A stretch of DNA of 31,556 nt from Octopus sinensis (Eukaryota), in NCBI RefSeq assembly GCF_006345805.1, contig NW_021832198.1, forward strand, positions 1 to 31,556. The letters are read 5' to 3'. The position numbers and the translations under genes were made by a program. How positions within the stretch are numbered: the stretch's first letter is position 1; each line of letters starts with the position of its first letter. The notes beneath the pieces are model-generated. The model was not told the origin of the DNA. It ran no database searches and saw nothing but the letters and a program-made list of their open reading frames with translations. Of this stretch, positions 28,950 through 31,556 are shown one piece after another.

Positions 28950-29345
28950 CCAAGAGATAATAAGCAGAGTGAGATATAGCAGGGTCCTTATGGTTTATGT
29001 GGTTTAATGTAATAATGAGAACAGTAAGATGCAGCAGGGCACTTGTGGTTAAATTAAATAAGAAAACCATTAAGGGGCAGGAGGGCCCTTTGGTTTAATG
29101 TGATAACAAGCATAGGATAAACATGAGGATCTTGTGGTTTAATGTAATAACCCTTTCTACTACAGGCACAAGGCTTGAAACGTTGGGGTAGGGGCCTGAT
29201 CAGTTTCATTGACCCCAGTTTTTTACTGGTATTTTTTCCATTCACCTTGAAAGGACAAAAGGCAAAATCAATCATAGCAGAAAGGTTTAATGTGATAATA
29301 AGCTGGGTTGGGTGCAGAGGGGGACTTTGTGGTTTAATGTGGTTC
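28950..29345. repeat. Degenerate tandem repeat (about 45-bp period) with conserved TGTGGTTTAATGTRATAA core, interrupted by an old S1-related remnant (about 29150-29280)
   Basis: Core at about 28998, 29044, 29089, 29133, 29282 and 29328. Confidence 0.6.
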
Positions 29346-30131
29346 CAGAGAGGGATTTGCTCTTGTCTTATTAAGATTACAAAATTATCGTTGCTATTAA
29401 AGACTAATTAACAAGAACAAGGAAATAAACAGCCAAAGAGGGTTGAGCAGGGCTGGGTGCGGGGTTGATTATTAGACATCTGTTAATAACTAAACATACT
29501 GGGGAAGGAAAAAATAGAAAACAAACAGGAAAAAATGTTTTTTTTATTGGAACCAAGACAGCAACAACAACAACAATAATAATAATGATAATAGTAATAA
29601 TAATGATAATGATAAAAATTGACTTAAGAAAATAAGAAATTCATTCCTACATTGGCCACCTCAGTTGACCTCTTGTTCTCAAGAGGTCACTCAGTGCACA
29701 GCAATTAGTAAGTCTCAACTAATAAAGCACTTATTACATTATATTTAGAGGTCGTTAGCAACCCTGTCTCTCTTTCCTCTTTGCATGTGTACGTATGTGC
29801 AGACACACACACACACACACACATCATGAATCTTTATCATTTCCTTTTTCACACCAAACTTGACAAAGGTTTCTTTCTTGCCAACGAGGCAGTCTCTAGG
29901 TGGTCACTTGCTGTACAAGAAATAGCAACCAAACCACCCTTGAACGACTCCTCGGCATTTCTAACAAAAAACACACACTGGATAATGCAGTCTGAAGTAC
30001 ACAGTTTCTAAAAGTTAGAGGGGATGGTCATGGTCTGATTGCTTTTGATCATAAGCTTTTCTTGACTTGGTGTGAGGAGCATCTTGGAGCTCAACAACAA
30101 CAATCCATGCAAGCATGGAAATGAGGACACT

Positions 30132-30151
30132 ATGATGACAATGACGATGAC

Positions 30152-30201
<50 letters not shown>

Positions 30202-30216
30202 CGATGATGATGATAA
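30132..30216. repeat. (GAT)n/(GAC)n microsatellite
   Basis: Seen directly. Confidence 0.95.
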
Positions 30217-30289
30217 TTATAAAGGTTGCTTGGCTTAATCGCAGTTGAGTCCTTCAACTCAGTTGTTTTACATAAGGCTCATTGAGCTG

Positions 30290-30483
30290 TGGTGGGAGGG
30301 AATAGCAGAGACGTGGTGGGAGGGAGTTAAGAAGAAACTAAGAAGAGAGTGGAATATAGGAAAGTGAAAGTAGAAGAGAGGGAGAGAGAAGGGGGGGGCG
30401 ATGAGGAAATTAGAGACTGTTTAAAAGCTGGGGAAAGAAAACATAAATGAAAAGGAATGGAGATAGACTAAGAGTGTAGAAGG

Positions 30484-30521
<38 letters not shown>

Positions 30522-31556
30522 TAGTATCTGTATAGAGAGGTGGGGAGAGAGGAAGAGAGTAAGAGTGAAACATAATGGAGCGTATGTGGTAGAGGTAGGG
30601 GGAGAAAGAGTAATAGTAAAAGGTTCCGAGGTTAAGCATAATGTATCTGTGTTTTTGAGGTGTTTGTGTGAGATGAGAAGGAGAGAGCGAGAGAGTAAGA
30701 GTAGATAGAGAAGAGATAGAGGACGAGTAGTTTAGGAGTAGCACATGATTTATAAACATTACTTGTAAAAATTTGTGTGTGTGTGTGTGCATGAGCGTAG
30801 GTATGTGTACATGAGTGTGAATGTGATGCGTGTTGTGCATGTGCGTGTGTGTGTGCGTGTGTGTGTAAGTGTGTGCATGTGCGTTGTGTGTGTGCGTGTA
30901 TGTGTGTGTGAGAGAGAGAGAAATATTGTGAGTTTTCCTTATTCTAAACATTCTCTTGTTATATCTTATCTGTATCTTCATATGATAAACATGTGTGGGT
31001 GTGTGTGTGTGTGTGTGTGTGCGGTGTGTGTGTGAGTGTGTGTGTGTGTATTGTGTGTGAGTAAGTGTGTGTGTGTGTAAGTGTGGTGTGTGTGAGAGAG
31101 TGAGAGTGGGTGTGTGTGTGTGTGTGTGAGTGTGTGTGTGTGTGAGTGTGTGTGTGAGTGTGTGTGTGTGGATGTGTGTGTGTGTGTGATGTGAGAGAGA
31201 GTGTGGTGTGGTGTGTGAGTGTGTGTGTGTGTGTGAGTGTGTGTGTGTGAGTGTGTGTGTGGTGTGTGTGAGTGTGTGTGTGGTGTGAGTGTGTGTGTGT
31301 GAGTGTGTGTGTGTGTGAGGTGTGTGTGTGAGTGTGTGTGTGGTGTGAGTGTGTGAGTGTGATAGAGAGGAGAGTGTGTGTGGGTGCTGCCAGGTGCGTG
31401 TGTTGTATGTGTGTGAGAGAGAGAAATATTTATGAGTTTCCTTATTTCTAAACATTTCTCTGTTATATCTATATCTGTATCTTCATATTCATACCTCTAT
31501 GTGTGTGTGTGTGTGAGTGTGTGTGTGTGTGAGTGTGTGTGTGTGTGTGTGTGTGA
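30290..31556. repeat. GA-rich low-complexity tract followed by long degenerate (GT)n, containing a duplicated 80-bp unique island
   Basis: AGAGAGAGAAATATT..TGAGTTT.CCTTATT.CTAAACATT...GTTATATCT.ATCTGTATCTTCATAT at about 30911-30983 and 31416-31488. Confidence 0.85.

Overview
Repeat-saturated, AT-rich animal genomic DNA. The tRNA-like SINE families and the dense (TA)n/(CA)n/(CATA)n/(GAT)n microsatellites look like those of Octopus (coleoid cephalopod). That assignment is my recognition, not a database result. There is no complete host gene. One convincing 248-nt minus-strand exon (19243-19490) suggests the window is mostly intron. Recognisable elements: an internally deleted mariner with TIRs and TA TSD (6831-7720), a decayed CR1/L2-group LINE RT (about 10560-11972), a young-looking LINE 3' end with a (TTAAC)5 tail, TTAA-bounded piggyBac-like MITEs, and many copies of three SINE heads (called S1, S2, S3 here) plus an RTE-like 3' module (R). 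Most unusual structures: (1) an 8-unit tandem array of the S1 body under one head and one 14-bp TSD, inserted 35 nt upstream of the exon's acceptor, with an inverted S1 monomer on the other side of the exon; (2) a 200-bp-arm palindrome nested in a SINE's internal microsatellite; (3) a higher-order compound minisatellite; (4) a dispersed duplication whose CATA tract is about 30-fold longer in one copy; (5) head/tail-swapped SINE modules. Nearly all ORFs in the supplied track are microsatellite read-through artefacts. Minor boundaries are approximate and identities are estimated by eye.
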